From: Alphaproteobacteria bacterium
GTDB taxonomy: Bacteria; Pseudomonadota; Alphaproteobacteria; Micavibrionales; Micavibrionaceae
DNA: 64,000 bases
Direction of reading: 5' to 3'
Assembly (NCBI GenBank): GCA_018608245.1
Contig: JABAZY010000016.1
Location: 14,428-78,427, forward strand
In this document: piece after piece, positions 12,980 through 22,488 of the stretch
How positions within the stretch are numbered: the first letter of the stretch is position 1
Layout: every line of letters starts with the position of its first letter
The notes under the pieces: model-generated
What the model was told of the DNA's origin: nothing
Seen by the model: only the letters and a program-made list of their open reading frames with translations
Database searches by the model: none
Translations under genes and position numbers: made by a program

Positions 12980-14512
12980 ATGACAAATAAATATATTGAA
13001 CAATTATACGTAGAAGCCCCAAAGGCAAAAAACGAGATTTATGATGTTGGTGACGTAACGCCACTTGAACAGTTACGCTTGCCCCATGATAACTTTGATA
13101 TCTATATGAAGCGTGAAGACCTAGGCCCTATTAATGCCTATAAATGGCGTGGGGCGTATAACTCAGTCCTGAACCATCATAAACAGGATCAATGTGGCAC
13201 TATCGTTGCCGCCAGCGCAGGAAACCACGCCCAAGGCGTCGCCCTTGCTGCCCGCAAGCTAAATCTACAGGCTAAAATATTCATGCCCCTTGCCGCCCCT
13301 CTAATGAAGCAAGAAGCCGTACAGCGTCACGGAGGAGCCAATGTAGAACTTATCCTAAAAGGTGACACGTATAACGAAGCTGGTGATGCCGCCAAAACTT
13401 ATGTCCGCGAAACAGGGTTTACCTATATTCACCCCTTTGATGATATTTACACGATGGCTGGACAGGCCATGATTGCAGATGAAGTTATCACCCAAGCCTC
13501 AGAGTCATTTGATTACGTTTTCTTACAAATTGGGGGTGGTGGTATGGCGGGTGCCGTTGCCACTTGGCTAAAAAAACACTGGCCTGATATCAAGGTCATT
13601 GGTGTGGAAGGCGAAGGTCAAGCCTCTATGAAAGCATCTGTCGAAGCAGACGAATTAACCACCCTAGAAAGCGTTGATACTTTCTGTGATGGCACAGCCG
13701 TCACACGCCCAGGAGATATCACATTCGAAGTTTGTCGCGATGTCATTGATGAATTTATCACCGTCTCAAACGATCAAGTATCAGCCGCTATCCGTCAATT
13801 ATGGGAGGCCGCCCGCGTTATCCCTGAACCATCTGGCGCTATGGGCTTAGCAGGTATTAATAAATATGCGCAAACAAATGCGTCAGATTTAAAAGGCAAA
13901 AAAATCCTCACCATTTTGTGTGGGGCTAACATGGATTTTAGTAAGTTATCCATGATTGCCTCACAATCTGCCGTAGGTACAAATGAACGCCGTTACTATC
14001 ATATTCAATTACCTGAGCGTGAAGGGGCATTGCTTGAGATATTAGAAGCACATTTTAATAACTTAAGCGTATCCGAATTTCTCTACGGTAAAACAGACGA
14101 GAATGACGCATGGCAAACCATCGCCATAGATGCCAGCACGCAAGATTTTGACGCATTAGAAACTGCCTTAAAGGCTGATAATATTTCTTTCATGGATATT
14201 TCCAAAGATGAAGATATTCGTTTCAAAATCATTAACTACAATCCAGCGCTCTTCAATGATCCTGTGTTTATGAACATTGAATTCCCAGAGCGTAAAGGCG
14301 CTTTGCGTGATTTACTGCGCTCCATCTCTCCTGTTGCCAATATTTGTTATTTTAACTACGCCTATTCTGGGGAAGCCATAGGGCGTGCGCTCATGGGATT
14401 TGAATTTAAGGACGCCGATAAACGTCAGGAATTTTTCGACATTATCGGACATTCTGTGGTCAAAGCATCGCCTGTACCCGCTCAAACCGTTGCGCGTATC
14501 TTAAAAGTATAA
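12980..14512 (+). CDS. ilvA: Threonine ammonia-lyase (biosynthetic threonine dehydratase) with C-terminal regulatory domains
   Basis: About 510 aa. PLP-fold region (INAYKWRGAYN lysine, SAGNHAQGVA, GGGGMAGAV) plus two ACT-like C-terminal repeats. The ORF track extends to a TTG at 12971. Confidence 0.85.
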   Translation: MTNKYIEQLYVEAPKAKNEIYDVGDVTPLEQLRLPHDNFDIYMKREDLGPINAYKWRGAYNSVLNHHKQDQCGTIVAASAGNHAQGVALAARKLNLQAKIFMPLAAPLMKQEAVQRHGGANVELILKGDTYNEAGDAAKTYVRETGFTYIHPFDDIYTMAGQAMIADEVITQASESFDYVFLQIGGGGMAGAVATWLKKHWPDIKVIGVEGEGQASMKASVEADELTTLESVDTFCDGTAVTRPGDITFEVCRDVIDEFITVSNDQVSAAIRQLWEAARVIPEPSGAMGLAGINKYAQTNASDLKGKKILTILCGANMDFSKLSMIASQSAVGTNERRYYHIQLPEREGALLEILEAHFNNLSVSEFLYGKTDENDAWQTIAIDASTQDFDALETALKADNISFMDISKDEDIRFKIINYNPALFNDPVFMNIEFPERKGALRDLLRSISPVANICYFNYAYSGEAIGRALMGFEFKDADKRQEFFDIIGHSVVKASPVPAQTVARILKV

Positions 14513-14574
14513 TTACTTAGGCATTACAGGCGCTTTTTCCTTTAATTTTGTGCTAATCATGCTACATAGAGGAT

Positions 14575-15471
14575 ATGAGTAATAACGCCACAATCGCTGA
14601 CAAAATGATTTCAGAAGCCACCGCTTCTGATTATTTTTCATTGCTAAAACCCCGCGTCATGAGCTTGGTTGTTTTTACTGGCTTTGCGGGTATGTGGGTA
14701 GCGCCTGGCTTTACGGATATGCACCCCGTTCTTATGCTGACCGCCATTCTATGTCTATCTGTTGGTGCAGGTGCGGCGGGTGCTATCAACATGTGGTTTG
14801 ACCGCGATATTGATAGTGTCATGAAACGCACAGAGAAACGTGCCCTGCCTATGGGCTTAATTAAGCCTGATGAAGCTTTAGCCTTTGGAATTATCTTATC
14901 GCTCTTTTCCGTGATGATGATGGGTATTGCCATTAACTGGATGGCAGCTGGTCTACTGGCCTTTGCTAATTTCTTTTACGTTGTCATCTACACCATGTGG
15001 CTAAAACGTCGTACACCGCAAAATATTGTTATTGGTGGTGCGTCTGGCGCTTTCCCGCCCATGATCGGCTGGGCGGCCGTCACTGGAGATATCACATATG
15101 CCTCAGTCGCTTTATTCGCGATCATCTTCTTTTGGACACCACCACATTTCTGGGCGCTAGCTTTATTCGCCAATTCTGATTATACCCGCGCAAAAATCCC
15201 TATGTTGCCTGTCACCCATGGGGAGCGCACCACCAAAATTCAAATGCTGATCTATACGCTTATTATGGTGCCTATCGCCTTAAGCCCTACATTTTTTGGC
15301 GTAACAGGTCTTGCTTACGCTATTACAGCCCTACTTTTAAGCCTGTTCTTCGTCTTCACCTCTATCCGCGTGATTATGGATGATACCCATAAAAGTGCTA
15401 AATTAATGTTTAGCTACTCCGTATTCTATCTATTTGCCCTCTTCTTAGCCCTTATGATTGGAAAGGTTTAA
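14575..15471 (+). CDS. ctaB: Protoheme IX farnesyltransferase (heme O synthase)
   Basis: 298 aa, polytopic UbiA-superfamily protein with NMWFDRDIDSVMKRTEKRALP motif. Lies within the cta cluster. Confidence 0.9.
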   Translation: MSNNATIADKMISEATASDYFSLLKPRVMSLVVFTGFAGMWVAPGFTDMHPVLMLTAILCLSVGAGAAGAINMWFDRDIDSVMKRTEKRALPMGLIKPDEALAFGIILSLFSVMMMGIAINWMAAGLLAFANFFYVVIYTMWLKRRTPQNIVIGGASGAFPPMIGWAAVTGDITYASVALFAIIFFWTPPHFWALALFANSDYTRAKIPMLPVTHGERTTKIQMLIYTLIMVPIALSPTFFGVTGLAYAITALLLSLFFVFTSIRVIMDDTHKSAKLMFSYSVFYLFALFLALMIGKV

Positions 15472-15473
15472 CC

Positions 15474-15596
15474 ATGCCTACAAATACAGAACTACATAAA
15501 AAGAAACGCAAAAAAAATTACATTATGCTGGCCATGATCTTTGGTTGGATTGCTCTTATTTGGATCATTACGATTATCAAAACAACCAATGGATAA
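15474..15596 (+). CDS. Small single-TM protein between ctaB and ctaG (CoxF-like position)
   Basis: Not in the ORF track (below its size cut-off). Manual translation gives MPTNTELHKKKRKKNYIMLAMIFGWIALIWIITIIKTTNG (40 aa): a basic N-terminus and one TM helix. It starts 2 nt after the ctaB stop and its stop overlaps the ctaG ATG (ATGGATAA). Confidence 0.6.
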   Translation: MPTNTELHKKKRKKNYIMLAMIFGWIALIWIITIIKTTNG

Positions 15597-16152
15597 AAAT
15601 ACCCGTGTTTTAGTCTTTGTGCTGTCTCTTGTTATTGGTATGGGTGCTCTGGCCTATGCTTCCGTCCCATTATATGATTTATTCTGCCGTGTCACAGGCT
15701 TTGCAGGCACCACACAAACAAGTGATGCTCTGCCTGATACAACCTTAGACCGAGAGATCGTTATCCGCTTCAACAGCCAAACATCAGCGAATTTACCATG
15801 GGAGTTTAAGGCAGAAACTTACAAAGTAACCACCAAGATTGGCGCTCAAGGGTTGGTCAATTTTTATGCAGAAAATAAGAGCAGTACACCAACCACAGGA
15901 ACCGCTGTTTACAACGTCACCCCGCTAAAGGCTGGGAAATACTTTCATAAAACTCAATGCTTTTGCTTTGACGAGCAGACCTTAACACCCAATCAGCGCA
16001 TGAACATGCCTGTTTTGTTCTATATTGATCCCAGCATTGCCGAAGATAGGAACATGGATGACGTGCATGACATCACTTTGTCCTATAGTTTTTTCCCCGC
16101 AGAGTCGAAGGAGCTTGATGGCGCGTTAGAAGCGTTTTACAATGCTGAATAA
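15589..16152 (+). CDS. ctaG: Cytochrome c oxidase assembly protein CtaG/Cox11 (copper chaperone)
   Basis: MDKNTRVLVFVLSL... TM anchor, YDLFCRVTGFAGTTQ and the CFCF copper motif (KTQCFCFDEQTL). I prefer the ATG at 15589 over the track's TTG at 15541. Confidence 0.9.
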   Translation: MDKNTRVLVFVLSLVIGMGALAYASVPLYDLFCRVTGFAGTTQTSDALPDTTLDREIVIRFNSQTSANLPWEFKAETYKVTTKIGAQGLVNFYAENKSSTPTTGTAVYNVTPLKAGKYFHKTQCFCFDEQTLTPNQRMNMPVLFYIDPSIAEDRNMDDVHDITLSYSFFPAESKELDGALEAFYNAE

Positions 16153-16210
16153 TCTGCTATGAATAAGCGGAAATTTTTACACTAAAGATAAGCTAGAGGA
16201 TTTAAGTAAA

Positions 16211-17089
16211 ATGGCTAAAGATATTGAATATGATACCACTGGTAAACCACACCCATACCATATGGTACGCCCTAGTATTTGGCCGTTAGTTGGTGCATTT
16301 GCTGGCGGTCTACTCGCTATCGGCGCTGTTTTATTTATGCATGAAATTAAACTAGGCGCACTTGAAATAGGCCTTAAAGGCGTATTTTTAGGGGTCGCAG
16401 CTGTTTTAGCCGTTATGTTCTTTTGGTGGAAAGACGTTATTTTTGAATCAGTTGAAGAAAAAGCACATACCCCTATCGCTGCTATCGGGCTTCGTTACGG
16501 AATGGCTTTGTTTATTGCCTCCGAAGTCATGTTTTTTGTAGCATTCTTCTGGGCATTCTTTGATGCTAGCCTTTATGCAGGCCAAGAAAATATGCCTGCG
16601 CGAATTGAATACACTGGTGGTCACTGGCCACCACCACAAATTGAAACAATCCCTGCCTTTGATCTTCCCTTCATGATGACATTAATTTTATTGTTGTCTG
16701 GATGTACCGTAACTTGGGCGCATCATGAAATTTTAGAAGGGCGCAAAAAAGAAGCTGTTCAAGCATTAGGACTTTCAGTTTTATTAGGCTTTGTCTTCTT
16801 ATGTTTTCAAGTATATGAATACACCCATGTGAAATTTGGATTTACTGAAGGCATTTACCCCTCAACATTCTTCATGGCAACTGGCTTCCACGGCTTCCAT
16901 GTTTTTGTTGGAACTGTCTTTTTAGCCGTCTGCTGGATTCGTGCAAAGAAAGATCACTTCACCCCAGACAGCCATTTTGGCTTCGAAGCCGCCGCTTGGT
17001 ATTGGCACTTTGTTGACGTGGTTTGGTTGTTCTTATTCATCGCCGTTTACTGGTGGGGTAGCTTAGGCGGGACTGTCGCGGCCCACTAA
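16211..17089 (+). CDS. ctaE: Cytochrome c oxidase subunit III
   Basis: 292 aa with 7 TM helices. FFMATGFHGFHVFVGT and WYWHFVDVVWLFLF motifs. Confidence 0.92.
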   Translation: MAKDIEYDTTGKPHPYHMVRPSIWPLVGAFAGGLLAIGAVLFMHEIKLGALEIGLKGVFLGVAAVLAVMFFWWKDVIFESVEEKAHTPIAAIGLRYGMALFIASEVMFFVAFFWAFFDASLYAGQENMPARIEYTGGHWPPPQIETIPAFDLPFMMTLILLLSGCTVTWAHHEILEGRKKEAVQALGLSVLLGFVFLCFQVYEYTHVKFGFTEGIYPSTFFMATGFHGFHVFVGTVFLAVCWIRAKKDHFTPDSHFGFEAAAWYWHFVDVVWLFLFIAVYWWGSLGGTVAAH

Positions 17090-17102
17090 AGGATATTAAA
17101 AA

Positions 17103-17468
17103 TTGAGTGATTTTCTGAATGACGTTAAGGCAGGCTTTGCTTGTAAATGCCCCAAATGTCATACAGGAAGTCTCTATCCTTCATTCTTTAATCTAGACGT
17201 AAAAGATACATGTAGTAACTGCGGCCTAAACCTATCTGATAATGATAGCGCAGATGGTCCTGCTGTTTTTCTGATCTTTATCTTGGGATTTTTACTCGTT
17301 CCGCTTGCCCTATTCATCGATCATATTTTTACTATTCCATTATGGGTGCATACCATTTTATGGCTAGCCGTTGCGTTAAGTTTAACCATAGGCGCGTTAA
17401 AGCCCTTAAAATCCTATATTATATTTTTACAATATAAACATCGTGCCAGCGACTGGAACGAACGATGA
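17103..17468 (+). CDS. DUF983-like zinc-ribbon membrane protein of cox clusters
   Basis: 121 aa with a TTG start. CKCPKCHTG...CSNCG zinc ribbon followed by 2 TM helices. It occupies the conserved position between ctaE and SURF1 seen in alphaproteobacteria. Confidence 0.7.
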   Translation: MSDFLNDVKAGFACKCPKCHTGSLYPSFFNLDVKDTCSNCGLNLSDNDSADGPAVFLIFILGFLLVPLALFIDHIFTIPLWVHTILWLAVALSLTIGALKPLKSYIIFLQYKHRASDWNER

Positions 17469-18181
17469 AACGTCGCACCGTCATTCAATTTATTATTCTT
17501 CTCGCTAGCTTTGTCACGTTGATTTTCTTGGGGACTTGGCAGATTCAACGCCTCGAATGGAAAAATGAGATCATCAATAAATTAAATGCAGAATATGCAA
17601 AAAATCCCAGTGACAACATTTTTACATTTCAGGAATTACAACAAATCCCTGAAGATGAATTAGATATACGCTACGGCAACATTAAGGGTGAATTTATCTA
17701 CGATAAAGAAATTCTTATGGGTCCACATGCGCATAAAAAAGAAATAAGCTATAAAGTCATCACCCCGATGAAGTTGACGAATAACAATTATATTTTTGTT
17801 CAACGTGGCTGGTTAAAACAAACCGATAAAGATAAATTAACCGAAGCACAAAACCGCCCCAAAGGCATTATATCACTGACAGCTATATTTCGAACGCCAG
17901 AGTGGAACAGCTTTACACCAAACAACAGTCCAGAAAATAATATTTGGATGAAATTGGATATTGATGAGATTGCACAAGCAAAAGAGATACAATCAATAGC
18001 ACCTGTTATTGCCTACACAGAGAAAAGCAGTAAAGATTTTGGGCTTATTCAAATAGAAACGACAAAACAATATCCTCGTAACAACCACAAGCAATATGCG
18101 CTCTTCTGGTATGGCATGGCGTTAATATTATTCATTATTGCTGGGATATATGGCGTTCAAACACGACGCTCTAAAACTTAA
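17465..18181 (+). CDS. SURF1-family cytochrome oxidase biogenesis protein
   Basis: 238 aa with N- and C-terminal TM helices. GTWQIQRLEWK motif. 4-nt overlap with the upstream gene. Confidence 0.85.
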   Translation: MKRRTVIQFIILLASFVTLIFLGTWQIQRLEWKNEIINKLNAEYAKNPSDNIFTFQELQQIPEDELDIRYGNIKGEFIYDKEILMGPHAHKKEISYKVITPMKLTNNNYIFVQRGWLKQTDKDKLTEAQNRPKGIISLTAIFRTPEWNSFTPNNSPENNIWMKLDIDEIAQAKEIQSIAPVIAYTEKSSKDFGLIQIETTKQYPRNNHKQYALFWYGMALILFIIAGIYGVQTRRSKT

Positions 18182-19740
18182 TTAAAGAAGATGCTTTTAA
18201 ATCCGCGACGCGGCGCTTCGGTTGTTGCCACTTTCGTTTTATTAATCGCGGAAGCAAACTCTTGCTTTCTTTTCTTCACTAACACATTCAGGTTCGCTTT
18301 ATCTGTACCCGCTAGTTCTTCACCAATAGGCAATTTAACAGAGCGTGGATTTGTCTGTGCGCCATTGACCAATACTTCATAATGCAAATGTGCGCCTGTT
18401 GAGCGTCCAGTTGTTCCAACATAGCCAATCACTTGCCCTTGCTTCACACGGGTACCATTTTTAACTTTAATTTTGCTCATATGTGCATAAGCTGTTTTCA
18501 ACTTAGAATTATGACGGATACGTACATATTTACCGTAGGAGCTAAACCAGCCAGCTTTTTCAATTACACCATCACCAGCAGCGTAGATTGGCGTACCAGT
18601 TGGTGCCGCAAAATCAACACCCTTATGCATTTTACGATAACCAAGCACAGGATGACGGCGAAGACCGTAGCCCGAAGAAACACGCGCACCATCAATAGGT
18701 GTTTTCATCAATGTACGTTTAATACTGCGTCCATCAGGACCAAAATAATCAACCTTGCCGCTTTTCATTTCAAAACGGTACAGCGGAATTTCACGGTTAT
18801 TCAACGTTAACTTTGCGTAAAGAATATTACCGTTCTTCGCAACATAACCATTTTCTGTTTCAAAGCTTTCATACATCACTTCCAATTTATCTTTCGAGCG
18901 AAGATCGCGTTGGAAGTCAACATTCCAAGAATAAATACGAATAGCTTCAGCCACAATCCCCTTTGGAATACCCGCTTTAGACGCAGACCCATAAAGCGAT
19001 ACTTCTACTTGCATCTCTTTTGCTTTTACAACACGCTTTACTTCTTTTTCTTGAAGGTCAGCAGAGAACCCATCGCCTGCGCGTGCAACCACTAATGTTT
19101 TAATTGGATCAAGTTGGATTTGCATCTCACGGAATTTTGGCTCTGCACCACGCGCTTCAGCTGGATCAAAATGCATCGCAATTTCTTGACCTGCTTTTAA
19201 ATGGCGCGGATCATAATGTGCTTTCATAGCCTTGATCATCAGAGATGTTTCAGAATTACCAACACCTTCTTTTTGCATCACAACGCCCAGCGCATCACCT
19301 GGATTAATCTTAACCACTCTATCTAATGGTTTTTCTTTTTTAATATCTCTAGGATCGTTAGGTGTATTATGAGTCATCACAGAAGCAACTGAGAATTGAC
19401 CATAAAGGTTATCATCAAAACCAGAACCCTCTTCTTCATTTGAACCATAAGCTGGTGCAATATTCGCCAAACTTGCGACATCAAAATCATCTAAGTTACG
19501 ACCATCAATACTAGTTGATTTAAATATCGGCGCTTGCGTGGCAAAGGCTAATAGCACAAGAATTGACGTTACGAAGACATAACGAATACGCAATGTGTTG
19601 TTACGCGTTAAAATATGGCGCTTACGCAGACCGCATTTATGAGACATAAAATCAATCAGGCGATAGCCAGCCCTAGCAATTGATCCGACCAATTGCCTCC
19701 ATAGCGATACTATAATTTTTTGTGTACCCATAGGTTTCAT
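18178..19740 (-). CDS. M23-family (LytM-type) metallopeptidase with N-terminal membrane anchor
   Basis: 520 aa with HKGVDFAAPTGTPIYAAGDGVI and GAHLHYEV zinc-ligand motifs in the C-terminal domain. Confidence 0.85.
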   Translation of the reverse strand: MKPMGTQKIIVSLWRQLVGSIARAGYRLIDFMSHKCGLRKRHILTRNNTLRIRYVFVTSILVLLAFATQAPIFKSTSIDGRNLDDFDVASLANIAPAYGSNEEEGSGFDDNLYGQFSVASVMTHNTPNDPRDIKKEKPLDRVVKINPGDALGVVMQKEGVGNSETSLMIKAMKAHYDPRHLKAGQEIAMHFDPAEARGAEPKFREMQIQLDPIKTLVVARAGDGFSADLQEKEVKRVVKAKEMQVEVSLYGSASKAGIPKGIVAEAIRIYSWNVDFQRDLRSKDKLEVMYESFETENGYVAKNGNILYAKLTLNNREIPLYRFEMKSGKVDYFGPDGRSIKRTLMKTPIDGARVSSGYGLRRHPVLGYRKMHKGVDFAAPTGTPIYAAGDGVIEKAGWFSSYGKYVRIRHNSKLKTAYAHMSKIKVKNGTRVKQGQVIGYVGTTGRSTGAHLHYEVLVNGAQTNPRSVKLPIGEELAGTDKANLNVLVKKRKQEFASAINKTKVATTEAPRRGFKSIFFN

Positions 19741-19930
19741 ATTTTAATTACACTCTAAGCCCTAAATTATGGCTCAATACCCTCAGAATTAATAGATCAT
19801 TCCATCTCACAGTTAAGATGTTGTGGATAGCATTAACTTCCCATAACTTCAACTATTTCATAAAAGATTTAATAAATTGTTTTATTTTCATAAAATTAGA
19901 GCTAATTACATGCCTATTTTATGCCCTAAA

Positions 19931-20449
19931 TTATACTCCACATTTAGAGGAAATAGCCTGATAAGCTTTCCCTGATCCCTTTAAGCTATATGTGTCTGTC
20001 GTAAGCGTACCGCGCTTTGACGTGCCCTTTACAACCATTTCTGATCCAGCACGTATAGCCTTAGACAGCGCCCTATCAGCAGCCACATCTGCGGCCCAAG
20101 CTGTTTGATCTTGTGTGAATAATTTATAAGTACCACCATTTACCTTAATACTCACTTCACTATTATCTTTATAAGGATACCCTGTGACATAGCTGAATAC
20201 ATCCGTGGTTTTCTCTGCTGGGCGGTGCGTAATTAACGCAAAAATCTCGCCACGGCTTGTGTAGTTACCAACGGCTGTCTTAGGTTTAGAGGCCATATAG
20301 CAAACTTTACTGCCATTTTCTTCAAACATATAAGCAGACCAATCACCATGTGTCTCGATTAAGCGGGCTTCTGATGCCTGCGCACTGTGTGAAATGACCG
20401 CAACAGTCACAATGAAAGACAAGCATGTCAGGGCTAATAAACGGACCAT
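19931..20449 (-). CDS. Invasion-associated locus B (IalB) family periplasmic protein
   Basis: Signal peptide MVRLLALTCLSFIVTVAVISHSAQA, GDWSAYMFEENGSKVCYM and a C-terminal Cys. AAGGAG SD 7 nt before this ATG, so the track start at 20485 is rejected. Confidence 0.7.
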   Translation of the reverse strand: MVRLLALTCLSFIVTVAVISHSAQASEARLIETHGDWSAYMFEENGSKVCYMASKPKTAVGNYTSRGEIFALITHRPAEKTTDVFSYVTGYPYKDNSEVSIKVNGGTYKLFTQDQTAWAADVAADRALSKAIRAGSEMVVKGTSKRGTLTTDTYSLKGSGKAYQAISSKCGV

Positions 20450-20589
20450 TCTGATCTCCTTATATATATTTAAATTATGATTCATATTTCTATTTCTAAT
20501 TCATGGCAAATTTAAGGAATTTTCATGCGTTTACAATAGCAATCATCAAAATAATGCAATAAATCCCGAAAAAGCATTAAAATCTACTA

Positions 20590-21120
20590 TTATTTAGTTC
20601 TAACTTTACGGCGATGAGCGTGCTTTACCTCTGGCAAAGGCTCTGTTGGCCCTCCTGGTTTAACAGGTCTTTCCGCAAATTTACCCATTGATATTAAGCG
20701 ATCATACATGGTCAATGCGCCCGCAACCCCAACATTGATACAAAACTTCATTGGAATTTTAATTGTATGGCTGGCTTTGGCCATTAATTCAGGAGAAATA
20801 CTATCCATTTCAGGGCCTAAAACATAAGCCGCACGCGTCGGATGACGAAAACTAGGCAGCTCAACAGAATCTTCCATAAATTCAACAGCCACTAACTGGC
20901 ACCCTTGGGGTAAGTCCATTTCTTCAACACTATTCCATATATGAAATGGCATATGGTCAAAAGCACCTGACGTATCCGACACGCGCACAGCATTCACATC
21001 AATTTCTGGACGTATCACAAAGAAAAAACTAGCGCCAAAAGCATGAGCAGAACGCACCAAATTACCTAAATTCGCCTCTTTAGTGATTCCTTCAACACCA
21101 ATGCCAAAATAACCTCTCAT
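20590..21120 (-). CDS. SpoU/TrmH-family RNA methyltransferase-like protein
   Basis: 176 aa. NLGNLVRSAHAFGASFFFVI and a C-terminal IPM...INVGVAGALTMYDR knot-region pattern. Confidence 0.6.
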   Translation of the reverse strand: MRGYFGIGVEGITKEANLGNLVRSAHAFGASFFFVIRPEIDVNAVRVSDTSGAFDHMPFHIWNSVEEMDLPQGCQLVAVEFMEDSVELPSFRHPTRAAYVLGPEMDSISPELMAKASHTIKIPMKFCINVGVAGALTMYDRLISMGKFAERPVKPGGPTEPLPEVKHAHRRKVRTK

Positions 21121-21124
21121 GTCA

Positions 21125-22312
21125 TTACGCCCCTATAACTTTCTCAATACGGTCAATCGCCTTAGATAATTTCTCGGGCGATACAGCAAAACATAAACGT
21201 ATCCAACCTTTACATTCTTCCCCAAAAGCACAGCCAGGCGTTAAACTAACGCCCCCTTCATCGATTAATTTCTTTGTAAATGCGATACAATCCTCTTCAC
21301 CATCAACTTTAAAGAACGCATAAAAAGTTGATCTTGGGCGCGCAATTTTAACACGTGGGTTTTTGCCCAACCGCGCCATCAGCATTTCTATATTGGATTG
21401 CCATTGATCCATCTGTTCTTGGATAAAGTCTTCCCCTTCTTTCACAGCTTGGATGCCCCCAAATTGTGTGAAGGTTGGCGGGCCCATATTATCGTATAGC
21501 GCAATATCACGTATAACATCTTCAGCAAAAGCAGGCCCAACCAGCCAGCCCAAGCGCCAACCCGTCATCGCCCAAGATTTTGAAAAACTGTTAATGACTA
21601 ATAATAAATCATCGTCCTCAGCCACATCCAAGAAACTCGGTGCGCGTGGTTTACCATAGACTGCACGGTTATAAACCTCATCAGAGACAATCCAGATACC
21701 GCGTTCCCGTGTAAAATCTATCAATCTTTTCATATGATTTTCGCACATATACCAACCCGTTGGGTTAGATGGTGTGACAATCAAAATGGCTTTGGTCTTT
21801 TCGGTACAGGCGTCAAACACACGGTCTAAATCAAGCAACCATCGATTTTCATCTTCAATGTAATCAATCGCTACTTGAACAGTATGTGCCTCAGCCACTT
21901 CCACCGCGCCCAATAAATTCTTCCAAATTGGCGTTACCGCGACAGCCTCATCGCCCGCATCCAAAATACTTGTGAGCGCCAAATGCATCGCCGTTGTGCC
22001 AGAAGCAGTAATAAAAATACGGTTTGAAGGTAAATCTAAGTCAAAGATACGCTTATAATAATCAGAAATTTCTTTCCTTAACGCAGGCTGCCCTAAAACA
22101 GGGCCGTAATGAGTTTTCCCATCACGCATCGCCTGCGCGCAAGCATCCGCGATAAAATCAGGCGTAGGCGCACATCCCTCACCTTGGCCAAGTGAAATTA
22201 CATCTGGTTTACCCCAGCCATAGCGCAATATATTCGCCCCTTTGTTTTCAGATAAATCCTGAACCACACGGCGAAAAGGCGCTCTGCTGATATTTTTGAT
22301 TGTTTCGGGCAT
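21125..22312 (-). CDS. Class I/II pyridoxal-phosphate aminotransferase (aspartate/aromatic type)
   Basis: 395 aa. NPTGW and SFSKSWAMTGWRLGW (PLP lysine) motifs. Confidence 0.8.
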   Translation of the reverse strand: MPETIKNISRAPFRRVVQDLSENKGANILRYGWGKPDVISLGQGEGCAPTPDFIADACAQAMRDGKTHYGPVLGQPALRKEISDYYKRIFDLDLPSNRIFITASGTTAMHLALTSILDAGDEAVAVTPIWKNLLGAVEVAEAHTVQVAIDYIEDENRWLLDLDRVFDACTEKTKAILIVTPSNPTGWYMCENHMKRLIDFTRERGIWIVSDEVYNRAVYGKPRAPSFLDVAEDDDLLLVINSFSKSWAMTGWRLGWLVGPAFAEDVIRDIALYDNMGPPTFTQFGGIQAVKEGEDFIQEQMDQWQSNIEMLMARLGKNPRVKIARPRSTFYAFFKVDGEEDCIAFTKKLIDEGGVSLTPGCAFGEECKGWIRLCFAVSPEKLSKAIDRIEKVIGA

Positions 22313-22488
22313 AATTAAGCTTATTTTGTTCCTGAACCATTAAACATACACATATATATGTATATTATTGGTTTTAAAGCAATAATAATTGCCAAATATT
22401 AACTGCATCTGTAACTTTTAGTGCAATAGCCCCGAACTAGTCAGTAATTACTTAAATATAACTCAAATACTCTCTAGGAGATAAAATA

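Noticed and set aside
15541-15588. TTG start at 15541 for ctaG, as given in the ORF track.
   Set aside because: That extension overlaps the 40-codon small ORF and adds a non-conserved N-terminus. The ATG at 15589 gives a typical Cox11 start (short basic segment followed by the TM anchor) and is coupled to the small ORF stop.
19759-19934. 12-nt direct repeat GCCCTAAATTAT at 19759-19770 and 19923-19934, flanking the M23-peptidase/IalB intergenic region.
   Set aside because: The second copy lies partly inside the IalB stop region. There are no inverted repeats and no coding capacity between the copies. In AT-rich intergenic DNA a single 12-mer match is weak evidence for an insertion scar.
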